From Candidatus Hydrogenedentota bacterium (GTDB lineage: Bacteria > Hydrogenedentota > Hydrogenedentia > Hydrogenedentales > SLHB01), in contig CAXXYE010000009.1 in the NCBI GenBank assembly GCA_963674865.2, forward strand, positions 1,856,001-1,920,000: a DNA stretch of 64,000 nucleotides. Reading direction: 5' to 3'. Position 1 is the stretch's first letter, and every line of letters starts with the position of its first letter. The translations under genes were made by a program, and so were the position numbers. A model generated the notes under the pieces. The model saw only the letters and a list, made by a program, of their open reading frames with translations, searched no databases and was not told the DNA's origin. This document shows, piece after piece, positions 19,240-29,894 of this stretch.

Positions 19240-20208
19240 TCAACGCCCTGACGTATGTTTCTGGACAATTCCCAGGGCGTGCTCGCGCGCATGCACCAAG
19301 CCGGTGAGTACGGTGTTCGTGGGGCAAGTGAGCTGGTGACGCGCACCGTACCGGCAGATGGCGCCGTTCAGGGCGTCAATTTCAGTCCGGCGCTTTCGGC
19401 GGAAGTCCTCTCGCATGCTCGCGTAGTGGGCCGCCGTCGGAGGAATTAGCTTCTCGAATAGGAGGTCCAGGTATTCCGCATCCGAGCGCGGTTTCAGGTT
19501 AACGCCCGCAGCCTCCCCGACGCGGTAAAGCTCGGCGATCACGTCGCGAATGATCGAGCGTGTGTGCTCGGTTTTCGCGAGTGCGCCGTACGGCACGTCC
19601 AGCAACGCGGAGAGGGGATTAAGGGCGCAGTTGTAGGCCACCTTTGCCCATAGCACGGCCCTGATGTCATCCGTGTATACCGTGGGTAGGCCGGCAGCGT
19701 CCATGGCGGCGGCTATTGCGCGGACGCGCTCCGCGGGGGCGGCAGAGTCGTACACCCCGAGGGCTGTCGGCTCGGCGATTACGGTGACCTCGGCACACCC
19801 TGGCTTGGGCAGCCACGCGCCGAAGATGGCCCGTGCGCCCACGGTGCGTTTCGAGCCGAACGCGTCGGCTATGGCTTCGGCGTTGCCCAAGCCGTTCTGA
19901 TAGGAGCAGATCAGGGTGTTGTCATTGACCAGCGGCGTGATGATGTGAGCGGCCTCAGCCGTGTCGTATGACTTCACGGTGATGAGTATGAGGTCGAAAG
20001 GCCCGGGCGGGGAAGTGTCGACGCGCGTGGATACGGCAAGGCCCTTCACGAGATGATCGCCCCAGATCCCGCCGATGCGGAGTCCGTTGGCCCGGATCGC
20101 GGCCATATGGGCTTCCCGGCCCACCAGGATGACATCGTGGCCCGCCCGAGCGAGGAAGCCGCCTACCACGGTGCCCATGGCGCCGGCGCCCATCACGAGA
20201 ACGCGCAT
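19240..20208 (-). CDS. panE: 2-dehydropantoate 2-reductase
   Basis: GAGAMG, VKSYDT, QNGLG, WAK..NCALNP, SM..D....TEIDALNG. Confidence 0.9.
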   Translation of the reverse strand: MRVLVMGAGAMGTVVGGFLARAGHDVILVGREAHMAAIRANGLRIGGIWGDHLVKGLAVSTRVDTSPPGPFDLILITVKSYDTAEAAHIITPLVNDNTLICSYQNGLGNAEAIADAFGSKRTVGARAIFGAWLPKPGCAEVTVIAEPTALGVYDSAAPAERVRAIAAAMDAAGLPTVYTDDIRAVLWAKVAYNCALNPLSALLDVPYGALAKTEHTRSIIRDVIAELYRVGEAAGVNLKPRSDAEYLDLLFEKLIPPTAAHYASMREDFRRKRRTEIDALNGAICRYGARHQLTCPTNTVLTGLVHAREHALGIVQKHTSGR

Positions 20209-20224
20209 GGCTTCCGTCCTTTCG

Positions 20225-21016
20225 TCACGAATGATCGCGGATGAAATCGCGCACCCAAGTCGCTTGTTCAAGCTGGCCGTCAATCAATACGGTTCCGAGT
20301 ATCTCGAAGCCGGCCACACGCCCGTCTTCGAGTGTCTTGGCTACGATCCGCCATTGGCGCTGCAGTGCTTCCATGGGCAGCGGGGCTTGCGTGGGATAAT
20401 CGCGCAGATAGCAGCCCAGGAGGATGGGCTTGCCGGGGAAAAGCGCCCGGCACGTGTCGATATGATGTTCGTAGTCGGCCAGGCGTTCATGGCACCATAT
20501 CCAGAAGCCGACTGCATCGACGTATGGCGCGAGAGGCCGCCAGAAGTCGAGATCGTCCAGTTCGTGGCTGTAGACAACGCATTCAAGCGTCATGGCGGAG
20601 TTGGGCGACTTCAGCGCGGCGTATATCCGGGCGCAGTCCTCCGTGCCGGCGCCGCGCTTGGCCATCAGCCCGCGCATGTCGTCGTATATGGCTCCCGTCA
20701 CGTTTGGATAGGCCAATGAGAACCGGCTAAGGTGCTCGGCCTCGCGGCAGATGTCGGCGGTGTCTGAGGCGCAGAAACTCTCGGATCCGCGATTCCTTTC
20801 GCCGCAGTCACGGAAGCGCCACTTCGAGATATCGCAGCGCACCTCGTCCAGGTGGCGTAGCTTCTGAAGCGCCAGGTCCGTGGTGGGATGAAAAAGGAAG
20901 TGGGCCTTGCGGAGGCCGAAGAAGGCAGCGCCCTCACCCACGCCGAACACGGAGGGATGGACACCGGGGTCGAGGCCATGGCCTTCCCACACCCATCCCG
21001 CGGCGGCCATATTCAT
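20225..21016 (-). CDS. Hypothetical protein (possible TIM-barrel/glycosidase-like)
   Basis: Long ORF co-directional with neighbours; GGAGGG RBS. Confidence 0.65.
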   Translation of the reverse strand: MNMAAAGWVWEGHGLDPGVHPSVFGVGEGAAFFGLRKAHFLFHPTTDLALQKLRHLDEVRCDISKWRFRDCGERNRGSESFCASDTADICREAEHLSRFSLAYPNVTGAIYDDMRGLMAKRGAGTEDCARIYAALKSPNSAMTLECVVYSHELDDLDFWRPLAPYVDAVGFWIWCHERLADYEHHIDTCRALFPGKPILLGCYLRDYPTQAPLPMEALQRQWRIVAKTLEDGRVAGFEILGTVLIDGQLEQATWVRDFIRDHS

Positions 21017-21166
21017 CGCGTTTCCCTCCGGTATCAGCAAACAGGCGGCACGAAGTCTATAACTCCGCGCCGCCTGTTGTGAGCTCTGGCCCGTTGAGCC
21101 GGTAAGTGGCTATGGTTCTCGGCTCCAGCCCTCTGGTGAATCGCAGGACCTCCTAACGCTGCCTGG

Positions 21167-22762
21167 CTAGGAGGCGTGCGATTCGGGGAGTATCTTCTCC
21201 GCCCGGTATCCGCCCGAAGCCCGGTCGCGCAGATACATACCTCCGAAGATGACCATGAGGATCAATGTCAGCGGCGAAATCCACTTGAAGGCCATACGTC
21301 CGCCGAAGTTGTCGGCCGGATTCATGAGCATCTTGGCCTTTGTCGCCACGAACTGGGCCCTTTGAAGGCCCTCAGTCTCGCCAAATTGGCTTTCCCATTC
21401 CTCCGTGTCTTCCGGCGCGCCCCCGGCGAACTTCATCGCCGCGCGCAGGGCGTTTTCTGTGAGAATTGGCGGCAAGGCGCCGGTATCGTCGACCTGAGCC
21501 AGGGCGTCGTTGGCCAAGTCGATGGCATGTTGGTAGTCCTTGGCGGTATCGCCTTCAGCCTGCTCAATGAAGGTCGGGAAGTTCTCGGTGATCTGGCGCA
21601 GGCATACCTTCGTGTATCCCCGGTGCATCTGCTCGTGCGCGTAGTAGTCGGCGACGCGTCCCATCCCGGGGATCGCGACGGCTCCCACGGCGATGTTTCC
21701 GACGGCGCCCAGAAGCGCGAGCGCCAGTGCGCCACCCTTCGGTACGCGCTCTGAGGCCACGCCCAACATGGTCGGCCAGAAATAGCAGACGCCGATGGCG
21801 AATACCGTGGCGGCGGCGAAGGTGCGCACGAAGCCTTCGGCGTCGCTGAGCAGCCATAGGCCAATGCCCGCGAGTATCGAGGAGCCGAGGAGAATGCCCG
21901 TGGGCGCCAAGCGCTCAACAGCCTGGCCGGCCAATTGGCGCAGAACTGCCATGAGTAGGCTAATGTAAACCAGCACGAGAATGCCCGGGAAGCCGCCCGA
22001 CTCAAGAATAGATGGAATCCAGCGGTTCGGGCCCAACTCGACGGATGCCGTGAGCATCATGCAGAAGAGCAGTAGCAGGAAGAGGGGCCTGCCGAAGGTT
22101 GCGGCCACCATGTCCTTGAAGGAGAGGCCCGACTGGACGCGTTCCGTGAGGGGAAACTTCTGGCCGAGGAACAGCAATCCGTAGATGACCGTCGGCACGA
22201 GGATGACGGAGAGCTTCAGTTGCCAGGAAGGTATGCCTACCTTGTCGAGGAAAAAGGCGATCAGTCCACCGATGACGATACCACCCGGAAACCAAACGTG
22301 GAACTGGTTGAGTTTCTCCGTCTTGCGGTCCGGGTAGATCGTGGCGACCAGCGGATTTCCGGCGGCCTCCACGAGGCCATTGCCAAACGCTATCGTAAGC
22401 GCGCCGAAAAGCAGCATCCAAAAACCGGTGGCGAAGATCATCAAAAGGACGCCGACGGCGTGGAAGACAAACGCTAGTCGGAAGAGCAGGCGCATCCCAA
22501 GCACGTCGCATAGGGGGCCGAAGATCAAGATGCTGATGGGAAATCCCCAAAGGGCCGCCCCTCCGATGTGTCCCACCTGTTGATTTGTCAGGACGAACTC
22601 GGTCTTCAAGGCGCCCATGATGGCGCCTATCACCGCAAAGGTTACGGATGTTGCGATGAGCGAAACGCAACTCGCCAGAAACAGCCGCCCTCGGTGGATC
22701 TCCGACAGTGCAGCCGTTCCCCCGGCCACACGCGCTCCACCTCCCTGTTGATCATTACTCAT
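21167..22762 (-). CDS. MFS transporter with a soluble insertion before the last TM
   Basis: Multiple TM segments, GPLCDVLGMR motif A, GNGLVEAAGNP, WPTMLG. Confidence 0.9.
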   Translation of the reverse strand: MSNDQQGGGARVAGGTAALSEIHRGRLFLASCVSLIATSVTFAVIGAIMGALKTEFVLTNQQVGHIGGAALWGFPISILIFGPLCDVLGMRLLFRLAFVFHAVGVLLMIFATGFWMLLFGALTIAFGNGLVEAAGNPLVATIYPDRKTEKLNQFHVWFPGGIVIGGLIAFFLDKVGIPSWQLKLSVILVPTVIYGLLFLGQKFPLTERVQSGLSFKDMVAATFGRPLFLLLLFCMMLTASVELGPNRWIPSILESGGFPGILVLVYISLLMAVLRQLAGQAVERLAPTGILLGSSILAGIGLWLLSDAEGFVRTFAAATVFAIGVCYFWPTMLGVASERVPKGGALALALLGAVGNIAVGAVAIPGMGRVADYYAHEQMHRGYTKVCLRQITENFPTFIEQAEGDTAKDYQHAIDLANDALAQVDDTGALPPILTENALRAAMKFAGGAPEDTEEWESQFGETEGLQRAQFVATKAKMLMNPADNFGGRMAFKWISPLTLILMVIFGGMYLRDRASGGYRAEKILPESHAS

Positions 22763-22906
22763 AATAGCCTCTCCCTTGTACCCGCTTGATAATTTCAGCG
22801 TTCCCGACTGCTGATGCACAGCCCTTCCCGCCAACCCTCCCGCAGTGCGTTGGCTTGCTCCGCCAAAATGGTAAAGGATCACTCACGTAGGTTCAAGCGG
22901 CGGGTT

Positions 22907-23071
22907 GTCCCCCGGTGGCCGGGTTGCCAATTGTGCCGCGCGTCAAGTAATTGGACGCAGAGGTATTGGCAAGACAAGCGTCCTCACCTAATGGGGGAGT
23001 ATGTCCCAAGAGACGAAGTTGGTCAGAAGCGCCGCGTGCGCGGCACTGTCGAATTAACCGGCGATTGCAGT
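22907..23071. repeat. 165-bp structured intergenic element, copy B
   Basis: Homologous to 981-1145. Confidence 0.8.
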
Positions 23072-23150
23072 TGCCCGCTGGTCTGGCCTGATTGCGCCCC
23101 GCCTTCCCGGTGGCGGGCCGTGGAGCCTTGTCCCGATGCTCGTCCGTAGG

Positions 23151-24362
23151 CTAGCCGAGGCGGCCCTTCAGCCACAGGGCTCCCAGCCACAGTATGACGG
23201 CAAGTCCGCCAAGGCCGAGGAACACGCTGGCCGGCTTGTTCTTGAGGTCTCCCATGGTCTTCTCGCTGCTGGTGAGCGCCAGGAGCATTACGGCGCACAG
23301 GGGCGCCGCGAGTAGTGTGGATGCCTGGGCCACGAGGACGGCGGTCGTTGTGCCTGTGCCGTAGATGAAGGTGGAGCAGGCCACGGCGCAACCGGCCAAC
23401 ATCACGAAGGCTGCGAGTATCCTTGTGGCCCGGCTGTCCATGCTCGGGTCGAGACCGAGGCCGTCGGCGAGCATGCCGCCTCCGATGATGGCGTTGACGA
23501 GAAAGGATGACAGCGCCGCCGCCGCGAGTCCGCAACTGAAGACCAGCCTGGCCCAAGGGCCGAGGAGTCCCGCGAGCTGTCTCGCCAATTGCTCCACGGT
23601 CGCGAAGCCTCCAGCGGCGCCGTGGAGCGTCTCGGCCGCGCCGACGAGAATGGCGGCGCTTATCAGGCCGAGGATCACGATGCCCGCCCATGCATCATGC
23701 ACGGCGTCGGCCAGGTCTTCTCGTCCCCACCGCTTGGCCTGAACGAGGTAGGCCTGGTAGAAGGCCGCTATGATCGAGAAGGTTGTGGCCAGCATGCCCC
23801 GCGCGATGAGGCCGTCCCCGTCGGCCATTTTCGGGCTCAGGCCGCTCGCGACGCCGCGCAGGCTTGGCCCCGCACGCAGGAGGTTGGCGAAGAAGCATAC
23901 AATCATAACCGCCACGAGGAGCGCCATGAGGCGTTCTATAACCGCGTAGACGCGGCGCGCGAAAAACAGGAAGAAGAGCGAGATCAGGGTGAAGGCAATC
24001 GGCCAGAAAGCTTTGGGCACTCCCGTCGCCGCGTCGAGGGCTACGGCAATGCCGATGTTGTTTCCGCTCTGGAAGCCGGCGGTTACGAAGAATGCCGACA
24101 GGCCCGCCAGCAGGGCCAGCCATCGCCCGGCGCGGGCGCTCACGTAAGTGAGCGGCGAGACCTCCAGCACGCAGCCCAGTCTGGCCGCCATCGAGGTGTA
24201 GGCGGCCATGAAGAGGGCTGACACCACCAAGAGCCAAAGAAGGCGATAGCCGCCCACGGCGCCGGCTTTGCTCGCCGCCACGATACTCCCGGGGCCCAGC
24301 ACCACCGACGCCGTTATGATGCCGGGGCCGACACGCCGCAAGATGCGCAGAATCCGGTTCAT
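23151..24362 (-). CDS. NRAMP-related divalent cation transporter
   Basis: GPGIITASVVLGPGS, multiple TMs, YQAYLV. Confidence 0.82.
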   Translation of the reverse strand: MNRILRILRRVGPGIITASVVLGPGSIVAASKAGAVGGYRLLWLLVVSALFMAAYTSMAARLGCVLEVSPLTYVSARAGRWLALLAGLSAFFVTAGFQSGNNIGIAVALDAATGVPKAFWPIAFTLISLFFLFFARRVYAVIERLMALLVAVMIVCFFANLLRAGPSLRGVASGLSPKMADGDGLIARGMLATTFSIIAAFYQAYLVQAKRWGREDLADAVHDAWAGIVILGLISAAILVGAAETLHGAAGGFATVEQLARQLAGLLGPWARLVFSCGLAAAALSSFLVNAIIGGGMLADGLGLDPSMDSRATRILAAFVMLAGCAVACSTFIYGTGTTTAVLVAQASTLLAAPLCAVMLLALTSSEKTMGDLKNKPASVFLGLGGLAVILWLGALWLKGRLG

Positions 24363-24635
24363 GACGGGGCATTGTGCTGGTATCGAGCCGCGGAGTCAAC
24401 GGGGCGCCATGCTCGGGAGACAAGGACGCCGAGTCGGTCCGTGGACGGACTGAAGAAGAAAGCGAACATGTCCGGAAGTGGCGTACAGGGCTTCCGGTCA
24501 TTCCCGGCGGGGAACATTGGGCGCCGTGTATAACCTCCCCGCCGGACGGCGCATGAGAGGTATCAGCGTTTGACGACATATTCTAGCACAGCCTCTCCGC
24601 CGGCGCGCATCCCGCCGTCATTCCCCGATGGCGAG

Positions 24636-24664
24636 TTGACATCCTCAGCAGCTCACCGGATACT
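24636..24664 (+). promoter_or_regulatory. Putative sigma70 promoter of the thyA-like gene
   Basis: TTGACA-17 bp-GATACT. Confidence 0.5.
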
Positions 24665-24698
24665 ACGGTTTGACCCACCTGGATGGAGGATGTTCTCT

Positions 24699-25691
24699 AT
24701 GACAACTGACGGGGCGGCGGACAAGCGCATTCCCACCTTGCACGTGGTGGGGGAATCGATTCCTCAGGCGTATTACCGCGCGATGAAGGCTGTTTGGGAG
24801 CAGGGGCTGCCCATCCGCACGGAGTATGATCGGAAAGATGCGTCGGGGCGCTACATCGATCCCCCGAGCCGCGATGCTCGCGTGTTGATCGAGGTGAAAG
24901 ATCCTTTTGCGCAGCCTCGGTTTCCGCCGATCTCTTTCTGCGAAATCGGGGCGTATATCGCCGAGATCATGGGCCTCAAGGACTACCGCGTCTTGCCGAT
25001 GGAGAAGCTCCGGGAGGCCGTGGGCGGGGAGCTGTCCGCTCACGAATGGCCCTACACGTACCATCAGCGGCTGTTCGACCACCCCGCCATCGACGGCACC
25101 GCCGTCGACCAGATGGCGCTTGCGGTCGAGCGCATCGCCCGGACGCCCTATTCCAGGCGGGCCGTAGCGACCACCTCTGTGCCCAACATCGATCCCTTTC
25201 TCAAGGAAGACGTGCCCTGTCTGCGGGAGGTCCAATTGCGCTGTCCCGAGGGCGGCGACGGCTGCCTCGCGCTCAACATGAATACCATGTGGCGGTCGCG
25301 CGACCTGTACAAGGCGTGGGGCGATAACGTCATCGGTCTCACGTTTCTCCAGGCCGCGCTGGCGCGGCAAGTGGGCGCGGAGGCGGGGAAGGCCACCTGC
25401 GTGGGCAGCTACGCCGACTACAGCGCCTCGCTGCACATCTATGGGCAGGACTTCGGGGCCGTCGGCGGCGATGAAGGCAAGGGGCTGCGGAGTTTCTTCG
25501 ATACCTTCGACGAGGACACGTTTCTCTCGCGCTCTCTAACGAGCGAAATGGCTCTGGACATGCTCGTTCTGCCCCAGTTGAAGGGACTTCTCACGCAGCA
25601 GCAAATCGAGCAGTGGGGCTTCCCGCAGGAATCCGTGGCGTTGCTCGAGGGCCTGGTCGATGACTTTGAATCCGGGGCGTACCTGCCCTGA
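24699..25691 (+). CDS. thyA: Thymidylate synthase, divergent archaeal-like ThyA
   Basis: YTYHQRL, SRRA, PCL catalytic Cys, RSRD...N, SLHIY; GGAGG RBS. Confidence 0.8.
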   Translation: MTTDGAADKRIPTLHVVGESIPQAYYRAMKAVWEQGLPIRTEYDRKDASGRYIDPPSRDARVLIEVKDPFAQPRFPPISFCEIGAYIAEIMGLKDYRVLPMEKLREAVGGELSAHEWPYTYHQRLFDHPAIDGTAVDQMALAVERIARTPYSRRAVATTSVPNIDPFLKEDVPCLREVQLRCPEGGDGCLALNMNTMWRSRDLYKAWGDNVIGLTFLQAALARQVGAEAGKATCVGSYADYSASLHIYGQDFGAVGGDEGKGLRSFFDTFDEDTFLSRSLTSEMALDMLVLPQLKGLLTQQQIEQWGFPQESVALLEGLVDDFESGAYLP

Positions 25692-25710
25692 CGCGGCGCG
25701 GCCGGGCCTC

Positions 25711-26457
25711 TTACATCCCTAATCCGCCGTCTACGGGCACCACGGCGCCGGTAATGTAGCCGGCGACATCGCTGGTGAGGAAGCGCACCACGGCGGCCAC
25801 TTCGTCGACGCTTCCGTGGCGGCGCATCGGGATGCGTTCCATGTATCCCTTCACGACTTCGTCCGAAAGGGCCTCCGTCATGGCGGTCTTGATGTAGCCG
25901 GGGGCAATGGCGTTCACGGTGATGTTCCGCGAGGCCACCTCTTGGGCCAGGGCCTTGGTTAAGCCGATGATGCCCGCTTTGGCGGAGGCGTAATTGGCCT
26001 GGCCGGCTTGGCCGTGGACGCCGACTACGGATGACATGTTGACGATGCGGCCGTAGCGCTGTTTGATCATGTCGCGAATGGCCGCGCGGGAGCAGAAGAA
26101 GGTCCCATTGAGGTGGATGCCGATTACCGTGGCCCATTCCTCATCTTTCATGCGCATGAGGAGGTTATCGCGCGTGACGCCGGCGTTGTTGATGAGAATG
26201 TTAACGGGCCCGAGGTCTTTTGCGATTTGCTTGAAGACCTCGACGACCTCCGCGTTGTCGGCGACATTGAGATGGGCCGCGCATGTCTCGACATTGTAAT
26301 CTGCGGCGATTCGGTCCGCGGTTTCCTTGGCCCCTTCATCGTTGATGTCCAGGATGGCCACGTTGACGCCGTCCGCCGCGAGCGCTTCGGCAATGCTACA
26401 GCCAATACCGCGGGCACTTCCCGTGATCGCGGCGACCTTCTTCGGTTGTTCGCTCAT
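25711..26457 (-). CDS. fabG: 3-oxoacyl-ACP reductase
   Basis: TGSARGIG, NNAGVTRD, NYASAK. Confidence 0.94.
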   Translation of the reverse strand: MSEQPKKVAAITGSARGIGCSIAEALAADGVNVAILDINDEGAKETADRIAADYNVETCAAHLNVADNAEVVEVFKQIAKDLGPVNILINNAGVTRDNLLMRMKDEEWATVIGIHLNGTFFCSRAAIRDMIKQRYGRIVNMSSVVGVHGQAGQANYASAKAGIIGLTKALAQEVASRNITVNAIAPGYIKTAMTEALSDEVVKGYMERIPMRRHGSVDEVAAVVRFLTSDVAGYITGAVVPVDGGLGM

Positions 26458-26562
26458 TCGATATGCTCCTTCTTCAAAACGGTCTCTCGACTAGACTGTC
26501 TGTATGCTTCTCTCTTTCGGCATCCGGCGTGGCCACGCGGGAGGTGTCCCACCTCGGGCGGT

Positions 26563-27453
26563 TCAATCGATGGCCAGCGCGTCCGCCGCCTCGAGGGTGC
26601 CCGCGGGCTCAACGGCCGGTGCGCCGTCCATCCGCCGCGCGAGGCCCTGGAGCACATTGCCTGGGCCCACTTCGATGGCGCGGGCCGGGCCGATGAGCTT
26701 CATAACTTCCGTCCACCGCACCGGCGAAGCGATCTGGCGGCCAAGGAGCGCCCGAATCTCCTCCGGCTCCGAAGCGTCCTCGGCGGTAACGGAGGAAATG
26801 TAGCGTGTGGTGGGAGGATGGAAGTCGTGTTTTCCGAGTTCCTCGTGGAAGCGCTCGGACGCGTCGTGCATAAGGTGAGAGTGGAAGGGACCTGACACAT
26901 TCAGCGGGATAACTCGTTTGGCGCCCGCTTCTTTCAGTGTCGTCTGCGCCTCTTGGACTCCCGCCGCCGTGCCTGAGATGATTGTCTGTCCCGGGCCGTT
27001 GTAGTTGGCCACGCCCACGCCCTCAGGGAGGTGCGCTTCGATGGCGTCGGGGGCGAGGCCGATGACCGCGGCCATGGCGCCCGCGGGAACGTCTTCCGAC
27101 ATGAGGCGCGCTCTCGCCTGAACCAATCTCACGGCAGTTTCGAGCGTAAGCACGCCGGCGGCAACCAGCGCGGGAAACTCGCCGATGCTGTGGCCGGCTA
27201 CGCCCGCCGGGGGGCGGCCGGCCGCCACGAGGTGACTACCGATGGCGGCCTCCACCGTGAGCAAGGCGAGCTGTGTTATCTGGGTGTTGCGCAACTCATC
27301 GGCAGAGCCGGTGAAGATGGTGTCCAGGAAACTGGTGTCGGTGAGTGCGGCCACTTCGTCGAATACTTGCCGGGCGGCGCTGGAGCGCTCGTAGAAGTCC
27401 TGGCCCATTCCCGGCTGTTGACTACCTTGGCCTGGAAACAAGAAAAACGTCAC
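26563..27453 (-). CDS. fabD: Malonyl-CoA:ACP transacylase
   Basis: FPGQGSQ, GHSIGE, VSGPFHS, EVGPG. Confidence 0.95.
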   Translation of the reverse strand: MTFFLFPGQGSQQPGMGQDFYERSSAARQVFDEVAALTDTSFLDTIFTGSADELRNTQITQLALLTVEAAIGSHLVAAGRPPAGVAGHSIGEFPALVAAGVLTLETAVRLVQARARLMSEDVPAGAMAAVIGLAPDAIEAHLPEGVGVANYNGPGQTIISGTAAGVQEAQTTLKEAGAKRVIPLNVSGPFHSHLMHDASERFHEELGKHDFHPPTTRYISSVTAEDASEPEEIRALLGRQIASPVRWTEVMKLIGPARAIEVGPGNVLQGLARRMDGAPAVEPAGTLEAADALAID

Positions 27454-28481
27454 GCCGTGTCCTCCTGCTGATCCAGATGCGCCTCCGCGGCCCGGAGTTC
27501 TTCGATTCCTTTACGAATATGTTCGTTCACTTCGCTCTCGACGGCCAGGCCCGCGCCCCGAATCGCATTGGCGACGCCTCGCGCAGAGCAGGCTCCGTGG
27601 AGGATGATCACGGTTCCGTTGACGCCGAGGAGCGGCGCGCCCGGATACTCGTTGGGGTCCGTGGTCTGCCGCAGCCGTTTGAAGGCGCCGCGGCTCAACA
27701 GGGCGCCGACCTTGCTGGTTACCGTGGAGCGTAGGTGGCGTCGCACGAGGGTCGAGATCAGAGCCGCTACCCCTTCGCTGGTCTTGAGTACCACGTTTCC
27801 GACGAAGCCGTCGCAGACGACCACGTCGGCTTCGCCCCGGTATAGGGCCTTCGGCTCGATGTTGCCGATGAAGTTGATTTGCGAGATCGCTTGGAGGTTG
27901 CGGTGCACGGTTTTGGCCAGTTCGTTCCCTTTAAGCTGCTCCTCGCCGATGTTGAGCAGTCCCACGCGCGGATTCTGGACGCCCATCACGCGTTTGGAGT
28001 ACACCATGCCCATTTCGGCGAATTCGCATAGATGGCGCGCCGTACAATCAACGTTGGCCCCTAAGTCGAGCACGAATGCGGGGTCTTTTATGGTGGGAAG
28101 CATCTGGCAGATGGCGGAACGCGCCACGCCGCGAATAGGCCCAAGGACGGTACGCGCGGCCACCATCACGGCGCCGGTGTTGCCCGCGCTAACGACGCCG
28201 TCGGCCTTCCCCTCCTTGACAAGTCGCAGGGCGACAAGCAAGGAGGAGTCTTTTTTCTGCCGGACAGCCATCACCGGGGAGTCATGCATCTTGATGACTT
28301 CCGAGGCCGGGATAATCGAGATCCGCCCCCGGTTGCGATAAGAAGAGAGCATCATCTTCAGCTCTTTCTCATCACCCACAAGGAGCACTTCTATGTCGTT
28401 CTTGCTGGCGGCCTCGATGGCCCCCCCGACTTCGGGCAGGGGCGCCTTGTCCGACCCCATAGCATCGACGGCAATGCGCAT
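27450..28481 (-). CDS. plsX: Phosphate acyltransferase
   Basis: IAVDAMGSD, SAGNTGA, DLGANVD, DGFVGN. Confidence 0.96.
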   Translation of the reverse strand: MRIAVDAMGSDKAPLPEVGGAIEAASKNDIEVLLVGDEKELKMMLSSYRNRGRISIIPASEVIKMHDSPVMAVRQKKDSSLLVALRLVKEGKADGVVSAGNTGAVMVAARTVLGPIRGVARSAICQMLPTIKDPAFVLDLGANVDCTARHLCEFAEMGMVYSKRVMGVQNPRVGLLNIGEEQLKGNELAKTVHRNLQAISQINFIGNIEPKALYRGEADVVVCDGFVGNVVLKTSEGVAALISTLVRRHLRSTVTSKVGALLSRGAFKRLRQTTDPNEYPGAPLLGVNGTVIILHGACSARGVANAIRGAGLAVESEVNEHIRKGIEELRAAEAHLDQQEDTA

Positions 28482-28768
28482 TGAGAGCTCCCGGTGAATC
28501 GTTACCCTTCCCGGCGGGCGTCTTACCCCCGGGCGCTAGCTGGGCCTGGCTGGGCCCTTACAGGATTGCGATTCCGCTCTCACAACCGCATAAACGATAC
28601 TGCACGCACGCTATACGGAAGGGGCGCTTCACCTCACAGGCTTGGCGCCGGCGGATTTTTCAGCGTGTCTCGCGATTTCCCGGGCTACCTCGCCTCATCA
28701 CGCCCGTTCCCCTCTAAATGGAGGGTGGGCGAGACGGGATGAAGGCAGCCCGGCGTAAGCCATTCGCG

Positions 28769-28951
28769 CTAGTCGTTCTCGACGTTGAGGACGAGACGAT
28801 CTTTGTAATGCCCACACTTGGGACACACGCGATGCGGCAGCACCCGCTCGCCGCAGCTTGGGCATTCCGTCAACGCCCGCGCGGACAGTGCGTGATGGGA
28901 GCGCCGTGTGTTACGGCGCGTCTTTCCGGTTCTTCTTTTTGGTACAGGCAC
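28769..28951 (-). CDS. rpmF: 50S ribosomal protein L32 (Zn-ribbon form)
   Basis: MPVPKRR...CPSCG...PHRVCPKCG. Confidence 0.95.
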   Translation of the reverse strand: MPVPKRRTGKTRRNTRRSHHALSARALTECPSCGERVLPHRVCPKCGHYKDRLVLNVEND

Positions 28952-28955
28952 CTGC

Positions 28956-29531
28956 TTACTCCTTCGGATTCTCCGGCCTCAGATCCGGGAACATGTCGGC
29001 CAGTGCCGACAGGCCGGTGTTCTTCGTGTTCATCTCATTACACCTGCAGCGCTTTCGATTGAGATTGGCGCCGCAGATCGGACACAAACCTGCGCAGTCA
29101 TCTTTGCACAGATACTTCGTCGGTGTTGCCAACGCCAGCTCTTCCCACACCGCCGACGCCAGATCAATCTCCATGCCGTCGATCAGTCGCCGCTGCATCG
29201 TGTCGTCGACCTGCCGCCAGTCGTCGTCCGCGTGGTCGGATTCGCGGCCGGGCGCCGCTTCATGCTCCCGTGTGAAACTCCAGAGCACGGGGATGACAAA
29301 TGGCGACGCGGCCCCCTCCAGGCAGCGATCACACGCATGCTCGAAGATGCCCGAAAGCGTTCCGCGAAAGAGGTACTCTTCCCCGATTCTTGTCAGGGCG
29401 CCCGACACGGAAACGGCATCCAAGGGCAACTCGTCCGCGCCTTGCGGCCGCAAATTATCAGCAGCCGCGACGGCGTCGACGGTGACACCCTCTTCCGTTA
29501 CCGTCGATAACGGAAACTTGAGTTCATCCAC
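28956..29531 (-). CDS. yceD: DUF177/YceD protein
   Basis: CDRCL, LCKDDCAGLCPICGANLN; directly upstream of rpmF. Confidence 0.88.
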   Translation of the reverse strand: MDELKFPLSTVTEEGVTVDAVAAADNLRPQGADELPLDAVSVSGALTRIGEEYLFRGTLSGIFEHACDRCLEGAASPFVIPVLWSFTREHEAAPGRESDHADDDWRQVDDTMQRRLIDGMEIDLASAVWEELALATPTKYLCKDDCAGLCPICGANLNRKRCRCNEMNTKNTGLSALADMFPDLRPENPKE

Positions 29532-29894
29532 AATCTCACCCGCCTGCGCCGTAGCGCGAATAGAGGTAAAGCGTAGCAAACAACCGGTGCATAAGTCAAA
29601 CCCTCGCCGGAGGTTGGGCCCGACTCGACAATGCCTCCGAAGCCGGAGCCGTTCTTCTTGCGAGCGGCTCCGCGGGGACTGCGCTCGCCTGCGAGGCGTG
29701 TATCGTGCTGCATTCACATATCCGGCTGTTGAAGGCCCTGGCCATTTTGTTTAGAATGTCGGTGCGCTCGCTTGAGGTTCCGGCCTGCCGGGGCTTTCGC
29801 TCCGCAGGCGCGGGGATCTCAGCGGGAACCTATATTGGCCGTGAGGAACACGTTTGAGTTACGTCCGACATTGGGGAGAAGGGACTCGCCGGAA

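Noticed and set aside
25711..28481. fab genes as part of the peptide acylation system
   Set aside because: Standard yceD-rpmF-plsX-fabD-fabG housekeeping arrangement, about 25 kb from the cluster
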